Assembly (NCBI GenBank): GCA_025210735.1
Contig: JAOARD010000047.1
Coordinates: 69,579 to 133,578 of the forward strand
Length of the DNA stretch: 64,000 nucleotides
Reading direction: 5' to 3'
DNA from: Bacteroidales bacterium
GTDB taxonomy: Bacteria > Bacteroidota > Bacteroidia > Bacteroidales > UBA6680
The notes beneath the pieces are model-generated. The model saw nothing but the letters and a program-made list of their open reading frames with translations. It did no database searches and was not told the origin of the DNA. Below, piece after piece: positions 1 through 7,682 of this stretch. Numbering within the stretch: position 1 is the stretch's first letter; each line of letters starts with the position of its first letter. The position numbers and the translations under genes were made by a program.

Positions 1-384
1 ATCGTCAATAACATATACCGGGATTAATGAAAAATCAACCATTCCTGTCATGGGACTGTTTATATTCATCCCATTCCATCTAACCTGAGTATGCGATGAA
101 GCTGTTCCTCTGAACGATGCTGTTGCAAGAGCTCCTCTACCATTATTTTTTATAAACAGAGAGGTATTTTCTGACAGTAAATCTGACAGCGACATATTAA
201 TTTTCTTCATCAGAACAAGCGTATCTACCTCATCTACTCTCATTCCGGCATCTTCTTTTCTGAATATTCTCTTTGCAGATACTGTAATTTCGCTTATAGA
301 TATTATTGTATCTGAATTCTGTTGTGCCATAATAATTGATGGCACAACAGTTATAAATAAACAAACCAGACTAATATATTTCAT
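1..384 (-). CDS. TonB-dependent outer-membrane receptor, signal peptide and plug domain only (the gene runs off the left edge). It is probably the corrinoid receptor of the riboswitch-led operon.
   Basis: Absent from the ORF track because it is open at nt 1. My translation from the ATG at 384..382 (minus) gives MKYISLVCLFITVVPSIIMAQQNSDTIISISEITVSAKR...SFRGTASSHTQVRWNGMNINSPMTGMVDFSLIPVYVIDD. The 'RG..SS.T.V..NG..INSP..G..D.S.IP' block is the classic TonB-receptor plug signature. It lies on the same strand, 64 nt downstream of 449..1909. Confidence 0.8.
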   Translation of the reverse strand, partial: MKYISLVCLFITVVPSIIMAQQNSDTIISISEITVSAKRIFRKEDAGMRVDEVDTLVLMKKINMSLSDLLSENTSLFIKNNGRGALATASFRGTASSHTQVRWNGMNINSPMTGMVDFSLIPVYVIDD

Positions 385-448
385 TCGTATTAACTTATCT
401 TTTAAAGGTCAGATGTAACTCGCATACCTAACTATCTATGTATTATCG

Positions 449-1909
449 TTACCTCTTAATAAATTTCTCTGACCATATTACATTGTCACAATTTATCTTA
501 ACCAGATAAATTCCATTTGGTAAAGAGGATATATTTATTGGCTGATCTCTGTTATATTCAGATATATTTTTAATAACTCTTCCTGACAGATCAATTATAC
601 TTACAGATGATTTATCAACATCAATATATATAACTGAACATGAAGGGTTAGGATATACTGTAGCTTTTCGGTATCTATAACTATATACATCTGTTGGTTG
701 CTGTGTTTTATCAACAGTTACATTAATATGTGTTGACACAGTTACCTTTACATCCTGATTATCTTTAAGTTTTATAGTTGCTTTTATATCAGCATCAACA
801 GTCTGTTTTGCCACCAGCTTGCCGTTCTCTACAACAACACTGCTGTTATCTGTCTCCCATATAATATCCTTATCTGTAACTACCCGCCCTTTATAAAAAA
901 CAAAAGACTCTATATTAAATTTGTTCTTCTCTATTGTTGCAGGTAACTCTTTAACAACAATATTATACAGCTCTCCTTTAACGCTCTTATCGGGTGCTAC
1001 ATCATATGCTCCTGCAACCTCTGTTGATACTTCTCCTAACCAACCAGCATCGGCAAGTGTTCCGGTATGTACCTTAACAAAATCTATTCTGTTAAGATCA
1101 ACATATTCGCCATCTTTATTAACAGCCCAACTGATATCAAAAGAGTCTCCTCCTGAGTTCTCAACAACATTACGTGTATACGGGTTATCCGGTAAACCAT
1201 TAAATGTTCCTCGTAAAGTATTATCAGCATATCCCCACGGGCGTCCAAAACATGTAACATATGAAGGATTGGACTTATCAACATAGTCTTTAACCATTGA
1301 TCCGCTCAGTATATAATTATCTTCTCCAACATCTGAGAACATGTCTGTATCGGGATAGTATGGTTGTGAATAGAATTTATTGGCAAGTACTGCTCCGCTA
1401 TTTCCCATATTGTCTTTCCACGGAACATCTGTTGCAACATCCTTTTTAGGGTTAGTGTATGTTACACTGTAGTTATTTACAGTTGATGAAAAATGGTAAT
1501 CGCTACCTGCCAGTTCATACCATGTATCATCAGGCAAACCATTACCATTCTCATCTTTCATAACTGAAACTATTCCCGGTTCAGACCATGTTACAAGATT
1601 ATCTATCTGTGGGTTAGCAATATTCTTAAGCGGATTCCCGTATACAATAAAATCTACTCCGTAAGGGTTATCTTCATGGTTTTCAACAGGATTCTCGAAT
1701 TTAAAAACAACATAGCCACCAAATGCTCCAAGTGTGAGATGCCCCATAATACCTCCAATAATTGATTTGGCAGTCTCCGGTTGTCCCCATGCTGAGCTAT
1801 TTACAAACTGTCCGGGTCCAGGTTTATATTCCAAAACCTTATTAATATATTGTGAATGTGCTAATAAAGTTGCAAACAGGCTCGCTAAAAGCAAACAAAA
1901 TCGTCTCAT
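449..1909 (-). CDS. Secreted protein with a Por/T9SS C-terminal sorting domain, function unknown (second gene of the riboswitch-led operon).
   Basis: 486-aa ORF. SpI-type signal peptide MRRFCLLLASLFATLLAHSQ. The C-terminus VYPNPSCSVIYIDV...LPNGIYLVKINCDNVIWSEKFIKR fits the T9SS CTD pattern. The N-domain YKPGPGQFVN...GAFGGYVVFKFENPV looks conserved, but I cannot name the family with confidence. Confidence 0.7.
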   Translation of the reverse strand: MRRFCLLLASLFATLLAHSQYINKVLEYKPGPGQFVNSSAWGQPETAKSIIGGIMGHLTLGAFGGYVVFKFENPVENHEDNPYGVDFIVYGNPLKNIANPQIDNLVTWSEPGIVSVMKDENGNGLPDDTWYELAGSDYHFSSTVNNYSVTYTNPKKDVATDVPWKDNMGNSGAVLANKFYSQPYYPDTDMFSDVGEDNYILSGSMVKDYVDKSNPSYVTCFGRPWGYADNTLRGTFNGLPDNPYTRNVVENSGGDSFDISWAVNKDGEYVDLNRIDFVKVHTGTLADAGWLGEVSTEVAGAYDVAPDKSVKGELYNIVVKELPATIEKNKFNIESFVFYKGRVVTDKDIIWETDNSSVVVENGKLVAKQTVDADIKATIKLKDNQDVKVTVSTHINVTVDKTQQPTDVYSYRYRKATVYPNPSCSVIYIDVDKSSVSIIDLSGRVIKNISEYNRDQPINISSLPNGIYLVKINCDNVIWSEKFIKR

Positions 1910-2129
1910 TTTATAACTGTTTTCTGTCAGAGTATTTTTACAATACTCTGTGTTTATATCTCATTATTATATTTCTCTTTATCAGTAAAAAAGAGTTTTA
2001 ATACTCTTGGTAGTTTTTACAATAACTAAATATGGGTATGCGGCATATTATACCGCATACCCTGAACATTAAACCTTAAACACGTGGATTTTGAGATTTC
2101 GGTTTATTGTCATCCTTTGCAACCAAGGA

Positions 2130-5100
2130 CTATTGTTTTATTATTTTATTAATAGTTGTACTCTTACCTGAAATAATCTTTACAAAGTATACTCCTGACT
2201 TAAGATCTGATATATCTATAAATGAATCAGTGTTGTAGTTAAGATCTTTGTAAACAATCTTTCCGTTTATTGTATATACCGATATCTCAACGTTTTCTCT
2301 ATCAGGTACTGATACAGCAAACCTATCGTTTACCGGATTAGGGTAGATATTAACAGATAGTTCATCAGCACTGTTTATAGCTGTTGCAACTTTATTAACC
2401 TCTACGTTAAGTGTTACGGCTACAGTTTTACCATTTGATGTTGCTGTTATCTGAATTGCAGCATCTCCATATTTATCTTTTGCGAAAGCCAGAGTAAGGT
2501 TATCGCCATTAACCGTTGCTGTAACCAAATCCTCATTGCTATTTGATGTTACAGCTTTTGTTATGGCAGAGTTATCATCATCTGCATCGGTAAATACTCC
2601 GGACAGATCAATAACCTTATTGTCAGCATTCTGATTAACAACAATTTTTGATACAGATTTCTTAACAACAGGAGCCTGATCTGCTTTTACTGTAACTGAC
2701 ACCTGAGTTGTTACACTCTTTCCGTTTGATGTTGCTGTTATCTCTACTGTTGCATCGCCGCTCTTTCCTTTAGTAAACGACAGAGTTAGGTTGTTATCAA
2801 CCAGTGTTACTGTTACCAGACTCTTATTACTGTTTGATTTAACCGCTTTTGTTATTGCTGCATCATCGTTATCGGCATCGGTAAATGTATTTGTAAGGTC
2901 AATTACAACATCAGCAGCATCCTCTTTAACTGTTACAGCATCTATAGCTGTTTTTACTGTAGGAGCCTGATCTTCACCAACCGATACTGTAATGTCTGTA
3001 TCTACTGTTTTACCTCTTGATGTTGCTGTAACAGTTATTACTGCATCGCCACTATTTGATGATATCAATGATATTGTTAGCATTTTACCATTAAGTACTG
3101 CATTAACAAGCGATGTATTATTGTTTTTCTTGATAGCAACTGTTATAGCATTATCATCATCATCGGTATCGGTAAATGTATCAGACAGATCAACCTTAAT
3201 ATCTGACGATCCTATTTTTACTGTTATCGGATCAACTGCCTTTTTCACTACAGGTGCCTGATCTGCTGTAACTGTAACAGCAACTGTAGTTGTAACAGTC
3301 TTTCCGTTTGATGTTGCTGTAATATCTATATTTGCATTACCACTCTTACCATCAATAAAATCTAATGTAAGATTACTACCTGTTATAGATGCATTTACAA
3401 TTTTATCGTTACTATTAGCTGTTACAGCTTTAGTAATTGCTGCATCGTCGTCGTCAGCATCAGTAAATATATTTGTAAGATCTATTACAGTATCATCTGA
3501 ACTCTCTCTAACATTTACAGGATTTATTGCTGTTTTTACAGTTGGAGCCTTGTCTTGTTTAACTGTTACTTTCACAACTTTCTCTGTCAATACTCCATTT
3601 GAGTTAGCCTCAAACGTAACATTAACAATGCCCTCTTTTACTACATCTGGTGTAACTGTAATTACCCCATTATTAATTGTTACACTAACAACGTCAGGGG
3701 CAGATACGGATTTCACATTCAGAAGTATTGCCGCTTTATTATTATCTACATCGCTTACAACATCAATAACATTAAGTGTTCGTGCTGTGTGATCATCTCT
3801 CTCAAATACCATATCTGAGATTGATACTACCGGTGCATTAGCATCCGGGAAAACCGGAAGCGCAGGGAACCAGTAATAAGGATCAAGTGGATGCTCTCCC
3901 TCTATTGTTCCATCGGTACCCGAATATACATATAGTGTATTAGTAAGGCTGTTTGTACTCCAACCATCCTTCTTTCCTAACACATAAATACTATTGGTTA
4001 CCGGATGTATACGCATTCCTGCACCATAAAGTACCATATTGCCCGGAAGTGTGAATAGTGGTGTGTTAAGTGAATTGGCATCACCCGGTATATATTTATA
4101 TACTTTGTTTACTCCGGCAAACATTCCACCTGGAGGGCACCAGTAGATAGCATTCTCTGTATTACTTGCACATAAACTATTTGCTGTCCATGCATACCAT
4201 GGTGCCGGAATTTTTGCATGCGATGGCAAATCTATCTTCTCTACAGCAAGTGTATAAGGATCAACCTTTATTATTTTACTTCCTGCACCAATCCATACCT
4301 TACCATCTATAGTTTGCGTTAATCCTGCATATGAATCTCCGGTAATCTCTGAATGAACAGCATCAGTTTCCGGATTTATAACATATACTTTATCTTTCTT
4401 AACTGCAAAAACATACTTTGTTGTGCGTAGCATATTTCCAATCTCGCCATCAACATTCTCTATCTTAGCGCCAACAGTTTCTGTTTTTATGTTAAACAGA
4501 TATATACCTTTAGATGTACTTATATATCCTTTATCAGGAGTTACACCAACAAATGCTCTTCCGTCTGATTTCATTCCTGTTTCGCCCGGAAGAAACTCAT
4601 CATAACTGTTTTTGTGTTTTAATGTTGTTGCATCTGCAATAACCATACGTGGCTGTTGCTTAGACATAAAGTAGAAGTTTCCTCCGTATATTGTTCCAAA
4701 CTGTGTTGTTACACCAAACTTTTTATCATGATTCTCCTGACGATAAGCTCTGTATATAAACTTATTATCGTTAGTAAAGTAGTTTACAGATCCCAGATCG
4801 TGTCCGAACCAATCCTCATTAACAATAAATACACCATTGCTATAGTTTACATCTCTGAGTTCAACCTTAAACTTATCAGTAACCTCTTTTGAATTGGCTG
4901 TTGCTTTAACTGTTATCTCAGTCTCTCCTGCCATATCGGCACTGTAATCAATTGTAAGCGTACTGTTTTTTACAGATGTTGTTGCCAGTGCACTATTTGT
5001 ATTTCCTGATACCTCAAATGTAATATCATCGCCATCTGTATCTTTAAAGTGATTAAGCAGACTAATTGTTGTTGATTTAGGATTCTTTGGTAAACAGATA

Positions 5101-6419
5101 TCATTTATCTGCTCCTTAACAACCGGATCATTATCAGCCCTTACATCTACACTAAACTGAGCTGAAGCCTTTTTACCACAAGATACAGCATCAATCTTAA
5201 TATCAGCCAATCCGCTTTTACCTTCTGCAAAAGACATCTCAAGCACACCACTATTTATAGATGTAGTAACAAGCTCTGTATTGCTATTAGAAACAACCTT
5301 ATACATTAAGTTATCTCCGTCAGGATCGTTAAAATGGTTGCTCAGTGTAATATTGTGTGGCACACCAGATATTGCACTCTGATTAGTAATAGCACTTGCA
5401 ATTACCGGACTTTTATCTGTTTTTGCCGGTACTGCTATCGACTCATCCGGGCCTACATTACTTCCGTAATCTCCAACCTTTGAGAAGTTCCATCCATCAT
5501 GACAACCATGAGTAAGATCTCTGCCTGATGCTCCAACGGGAGAGAATGCCCACTCTTCAGTTGCAGAAGCTTTTATATAGAATGCCCAGAAACCATTCAT
5601 CCAGCCACTATTCCAGTAATCTGTAGGATCAATAGGTGTCCAGCCATCAAAGTTATACTGATCAAGCACTATTATTCCCTGCTCATTTACCATTGCTACT
5701 TTATCCTCCTTATTTACTCCAAGCGGTCCTGTTTTATTATAGTCATAACCATAACCACCAAATGCTGTTCCGTACTGAGTCCCCGTAATTGCCATCAGAT
5801 AAAAACGGTAATCATCTTTAGCTAGCGTTAATAACATCTGCTCACTTGTTGATGTTCCGTCCCAACGATATCCCCAGAATATAGGCTTATCATGATCCTT
5901 CCACTTAATGGTTATCATAGCCTGATTTCCACCATTACCTGTCCAGAATTCAACGCTCTCCATGTCACTGTTTATAGTAACATTAAATGTCTTTTGCTTT
6001 ACAACACCTCCTTTATCTGATTTTATAACCAAAACCACAGGATCTGAAGTAAAGTTTGCAGCCACATATTGCAGGCTCATTTTAGCACCATTTATTGTTG
6101 GAGTAAGTGCAGAGTTGTTGCTGTTAGATACTACAGAAAATGTAAAGTCTGAAACATTATCGCCTTCAGCACAAAAATATGGCTCTAATGATATTAACTC
6201 TGTTGTAAGGTCGTTTACAAGATGTAATGCAATCTCACTCTCTGTTACCGGTGCCGATTTATAACTTTCCGGTCTCTGCTTAAAGGTAAGAGGAGTTTCT
6301 ACCGATCTGCTATTAACAGGCCAGTGCCCCTGTTTTTTTGTACCAAATGGTACATTTTGAGCGTACAAACCCAATGTGCAACACAAAAATGTTACAATAA
6401 TTAAGTACATTTGTCTCAT
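2130..6419 (-). CDS. Giant mosaic cell-surface protein with about eight Ig/cadherin-like modules, a central beta-propeller-like segment and a T9SS C-terminal sorting domain (first gene after the cobalamin riboswitch).
   Basis: 1429-aa ORF. Signal peptide MRQMYLIIVTFLCCTLGLYAQ. Recurrent ~95-aa modules, e.g. 'VIDLTNIFTDADDDDAAITKAV..NSN...V.......LTL.F..GKSG.A.I.ITATSNGK.V'. A central segment (nt 3845..4838), 'FIVNEDWFGHDLGSVNYF...KVYVINPETDAV...IYVLGKKDGW', resembles YncE/DUF5074-type propellers from memory. The C-terminus NIYPNPVNDRFAVSV...SGVYFVKIISGKSTTINKIIKQ is a T9SS CTD. Confidence 0.85.
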   Translation of the reverse strand: MRQMYLIIVTFLCCTLGLYAQNVPFGTKKQGHWPVNSRSVETPLTFKQRPESYKSAPVTESEIALHLVNDLTTELISLEPYFCAEGDNVSDFTFSVVSNSNNSALTPTINGAKMSLQYVAANFTSDPVVLVIKSDKGGVVKQKTFNVTINSDMESVEFWTGNGGNQAMITIKWKDHDKPIFWGYRWDGTSTSEQMLLTLAKDDYRFYLMAITGTQYGTAFGGYGYDYNKTGPLGVNKEDKVAMVNEQGIIVLDQYNFDGWTPIDPTDYWNSGWMNGFWAFYIKASATEEWAFSPVGASGRDLTHGCHDGWNFSKVGDYGSNVGPDESIAVPAKTDKSPVIASAITNQSAISGVPHNITLSNHFNDPDGDNLMYKVVSNSNTELVTTSINSGVLEMSFAEGKSGLADIKIDAVSCGKKASAQFSVDVRADNDPVVKEQINDICLPKNPKSTTISLLNHFKDTDGDDITFEVSGNTNSALATTSVKNSTLTIDYSADMAGETEITVKATANSKEVTDKFKVELRDVNYSNGVFIVNEDWFGHDLGSVNYFTNDNKFIYRAYRQENHDKKFGVTTQFGTIYGGNFYFMSKQQPRMVIADATTLKHKNSYDEFLPGETGMKSDGRAFVGVTPDKGYISTSKGIYLFNIKTETVGAKIENVDGEIGNMLRTTKYVFAVKKDKVYVINPETDAVHSEITGDSYAGLTQTIDGKVWIGAGSKIIKVDPYTLAVEKIDLPSHAKIPAPWYAWTANSLCASNTENAIYWCPPGGMFAGVNKVYKYIPGDANSLNTPLFTLPGNMVLYGAGMRIHPVTNSIYVLGKKDGWSTNSLTNTLYVYSGTDGTIEGEHPLDPYYWFPALPVFPDANAPVVSISDMVFERDDHTARTLNVIDVVSDVDNNKAAILLNVKSVSAPDVVSVTINNGVITVTPDVVKEGIVNVTFEANSNGVLTEKVVKVTVKQDKAPTVKTAINPVNVRESSDDTVIDLTNIFTDADDDDAAITKAVTANSNDKIVNASITGSNLTLDFIDGKSGNANIDITATSNGKTVTTTVAVTVTADQAPVVKKAVDPITVKIGSSDIKVDLSDTFTDTDDDDNAITVAIKKNNNTSLVNAVLNGKMLTISLISSNSGDAVITVTATSRGKTVDTDITVSVGEDQAPTVKTAIDAVTVKEDAADVVIDLTNTFTDADNDDAAITKAVKSNSNKSLVTVTLVDNNLTLSFTKGKSGDATVEITATSNGKSVTTQVSVTVKADQAPVVKKSVSKIVVNQNADNKVIDLSGVFTDADDDNSAITKAVTSNSNEDLVTATVNGDNLTLAFAKDKYGDAAIQITATSNGKTVAVTLNVEVNKVATAINSADELSVNIYPNPVNDRFAVSVPDRENVEISVYTINGKIVYKDLNYNTDSFIDISDLKSGVYFVKIISGKSTTINKIIKQ
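2395..3555 (-). repeat. Four tandem ~288-bp coding repeats (Ig/cadherin-like modules) inside the 1429-aa gene.
   Basis: The protein shows four consecutive units: '(A/D)QAP(T/V)VK(T/K)A(I/V).....V......(V/I).(I/V)DL(T/S)..FTD.D(D/N)D.(A/N)AIT.A......' ... 'TATS(N/R)GK(T/S)V'. The DNA repeats strings such as gcatcatcgtcatc / ccgtttgatgttgctgt at about 290-nt spacing. Confidence 0.8.
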
Positions 6420-6454
6420 AGTACAATAAATTAAATTGTTGTATTTATATCTTA

Positions 6455-6496
6455 GGACGACAGGGGTTCGCCAAAACTAACTGTCGTCCCTTTTTT
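6455..6496 (+). terminator. A 9-bp GC-rich hairpin followed by T6 on the plus strand, lying between the riboswitch aptamer and the start codon of the minus-strand operon.
   Basis: ggacgacag (6455..6463) pairs perfectly with ctgtcgtcc (6481..6489), and tttttt follows at 6491..6496. The T-run is only on the plus strand. On the mRNA (minus) strand the hairpin is preceded by A6 and followed by uaagauaua. Confidence 0.3.
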
Positions 6497-6599
6497 ATAT
6501 CATAACCATTTATAAATATTACCATGCTACACTAATAGCATATATTACAATTAATTAACTACTAAATACACTTGATTTTACAGCACACGGTATAACAGA

Positions 6600-6826
6600 A
6601 AGGTATAACAAAACACCGTACCGATCAGCTACCCGTTCTCCGCAGGCTGCAAAACCTATAATCATCTGGCAGGTCTTCTGACTTATTCCGAATACTGAGC
6701 CTTCCCGTTATATCACAGTGGCGCATATTTCAGTACTCATGATTACATTAGTAACCGGAACTTACAGCAGCGGGAACTGTTGCCGACTCTCACGACATTC
6801 CCTTTTAATCCAGTTTCAACAGTTAA
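6600..6826 (-). promoter_or_regulatory. Cobalamin (adenosylcobalamin/B12) riboswitch aptamer.
   Basis: The minus strand reads AAAAGGGAAUGUCGUGAGAGUCGGCAACAGUUCCCGCUGCUGUAA ... GCGCCACUGUGAUAUAACGGGAAGGCUC ... AAGUCAGAAGACCUGCC. These are the three conserved blocks of the B12 element: GGGAA..GGUG.AA..C...CCCGC..CUGUAA, then GCCACUG..GGGAAGGC, then the B12 box AGUCAG.AGACCUGCC (plus-strand 6668..6683). It sits about 180 nt upstream of the 6419 start codon on the same strand. Confidence 0.9.
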
Positions 6827-6852
6827 TTGAACAATGAAACCAAATGACGACG

Positions 6853-6860
6853 CAAATATA
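6853..6860 (-). promoter_or_regulatory. Candidate Bacteroidetes -7 promoter box (TAnnTTTG) for the riboswitch-led operon.
   Basis: Plus-strand caaatata equals minus-strand TATATTTG, about 27 nt upstream of the first conserved aptamer block. Confidence 0.45.
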
Positions 6861-7056
6861 TGTATATTTTATTTGCCCTTGTACGTTATTTATTGAAAAT
6901 TTATAAATGTGTGTTATCTAACATTATAACTCTTCAAACAACGTTATAAATAAGATTTACTAATTATAAATACATCCTGATTGTTTTAAATATAACCTCA
7001 CAGTACTAAAACATAATATATCATTCAGAATATTTAATCTAATTAAATCTTGCTTT

Positions 7057-7074
7057 TATATTCCATGGAATATA
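7057..7074. promoter_or_regulatory. Perfect 18-bp palindrome TATATTCCATGGAATATA overlapping the queD promoter, a candidate operator.
   Basis: The sequence tatattccatggaatata is its own reverse complement. It sits between a cTTGc (-33-like, 7049..7053) and the -7 box at 7073..7080. Two related half-perfect copies lie at 7603..7644. Confidence 0.55.
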
Positions 7075-7080
7075 AATTTG
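7073..7080 (+). promoter_or_regulatory. Candidate -7 promoter box (TAaaTTTG) for queD.
   Basis: taaatttg matches TAnnTTTG and lies 14 nt upstream of the ATG at 7094, which implies a very short leader. Confidence 0.45.
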
Positions 7081-7093
7081 CAAACAAAAAATA

Positions 7094-7504
7094 ATGAGAG
7101 CAACCGTATCAAGAAAAGTATATTTTAACTCCTCACATAGACTGCACAATAGTAGTTGGTCTGACGAAAAGAATATTGAGATATTCGGGAAATGTAATAA
7201 CAAGTATTATCATGGTCATAACTATACGCTTATAGTAAAGGTTATTGGCAACATAGATTCTGAATCGGGCTTTGTAATTGATATGAAACTTTTAAAACAT
7301 ATTATTACAGAATATGTAATTAATAGGTTTGATCATAAAAATCTGAATATTGAGGTTGAAGAGTTCAAACAATTAAATCCTACAATGGAGAATATTGCAA
7401 TGGTTATATGGAATATTCTGAGAAAAGAGCTGGACAGAGACCTTGATATTATCATAAAACTTCACGAAACCGAAAACAACTGTGTTGAGTACCCCCTTCT
7501 GTAA
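7094..7504 (+). CDS. queD: 6-carboxy-5,6,7,8-tetrahydropterin synthase / 6-pyruvoyl-tetrahydropterin synthase family (QueD/PTPS).
   Basis: 136 aa. 'FNSSHRLHNSSWSDEKNIEIFGKCNNKYYHGHNY' carries the Zn-ligand His residues and the GKCNN catalytic Cys motif of PTPS/QueD. 'DHKNLN' and a C-terminal 'HETENNCVEY' are also typical of the family. Confidence 0.85.
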   Translation: MRATVSRKVYFNSSHRLHNSSWSDEKNIEIFGKCNNKYYHGHNYTLIVKVIGNIDSESGFVIDMKLLKHIITEYVINRFDHKNLNIEVEEFKQLNPTMENIAMVIWNILRKELDRDLDIIIKLHETENNCVEYPLL

Positions 7505-7602
7505 TATAAAATAATCTTATCTGAGAAAACAGCATACACACCTCTTATTTTTAACTCCTTACAAATTGTACAAACAAATAATCTTCTAAAAACTTGCATT
7601 TA

Positions 7603-7644
7603 AAATCCATGGAATATATTTTTACATTTATATTCCATGGATTT
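7603..7644. promoter_or_regulatory. Perfect 16-bp inverted repeat (AAATCCATGGAATATA - 10 nt - TATATTCCATGGATTT). Each arm is a copy of the queD operator motif. It lies upstream of the 7683 gene.
   Basis: Arm 1 is 7603..7618 and arm 2 is 7629..7644, and they are exact reverse complements. Both contain the TCCATGGA core and one perfect TATATTCCATGG half of the 7057..7074 palindrome. The preceding 'cttgcattt' mirrors the 'cttgctttt' before the first site. Confidence 0.5.
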
Positions 7645-7682
7645 AATAGCCATGTTTAACACAATCAACAAAACTATAGAAG

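Noticed and set aside
921-1286. A 121-aa plus-strand ORF (and 1084..1284, 1734..1916) inside the 449..1909 gene.
   Set aside because: These are antisense shadow ORFs of a gene with clear signal peptide and T9SS-CTD evidence. Their translations are low-complexity Ser/Leu/Pro-rich strings with no motifs.
2395-3555. Regular ~290-nt periodic repeats, which I considered as a possible CRISPR-like or satellite array. The same applies to 32483..34229.
   Set aside because: The period is far too long and there are no short conserved direct repeats with unique spacers. Both blocks sit in frame inside long ORFs and translate to Ig/cadherin domain repeats.
2992-3792. Plus-strand ORFs 2992..3261 and 3550..3792 (also 4423..4605, 4656..4892 and 5962..6264) inside the 1429-aa gene.
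   Set aside because: They are the antisense reading of the Ig-repeat region. Their repetitive Val/Thr/Ser composition mirrors the repeats on the real strand.
6455-6496. The hairpin considered as the riboswitch's own intrinsic terminator.
   Set aside because: The T-run follows the stem only on the plus strand. On the sense (minus) RNA there is no U-tract after it, so it cannot act as a canonical sense terminator. I kept it as an oddity.
7603-7644. The 16-bp inverted repeat considered as the queD transcription terminator.
   Set aside because: No T-run follows it. The same motif occurs as a DNA palindrome inside the queD promoter at 7057..7074. A protein-binding operator explains all three copies better, although a dual role is not excluded.
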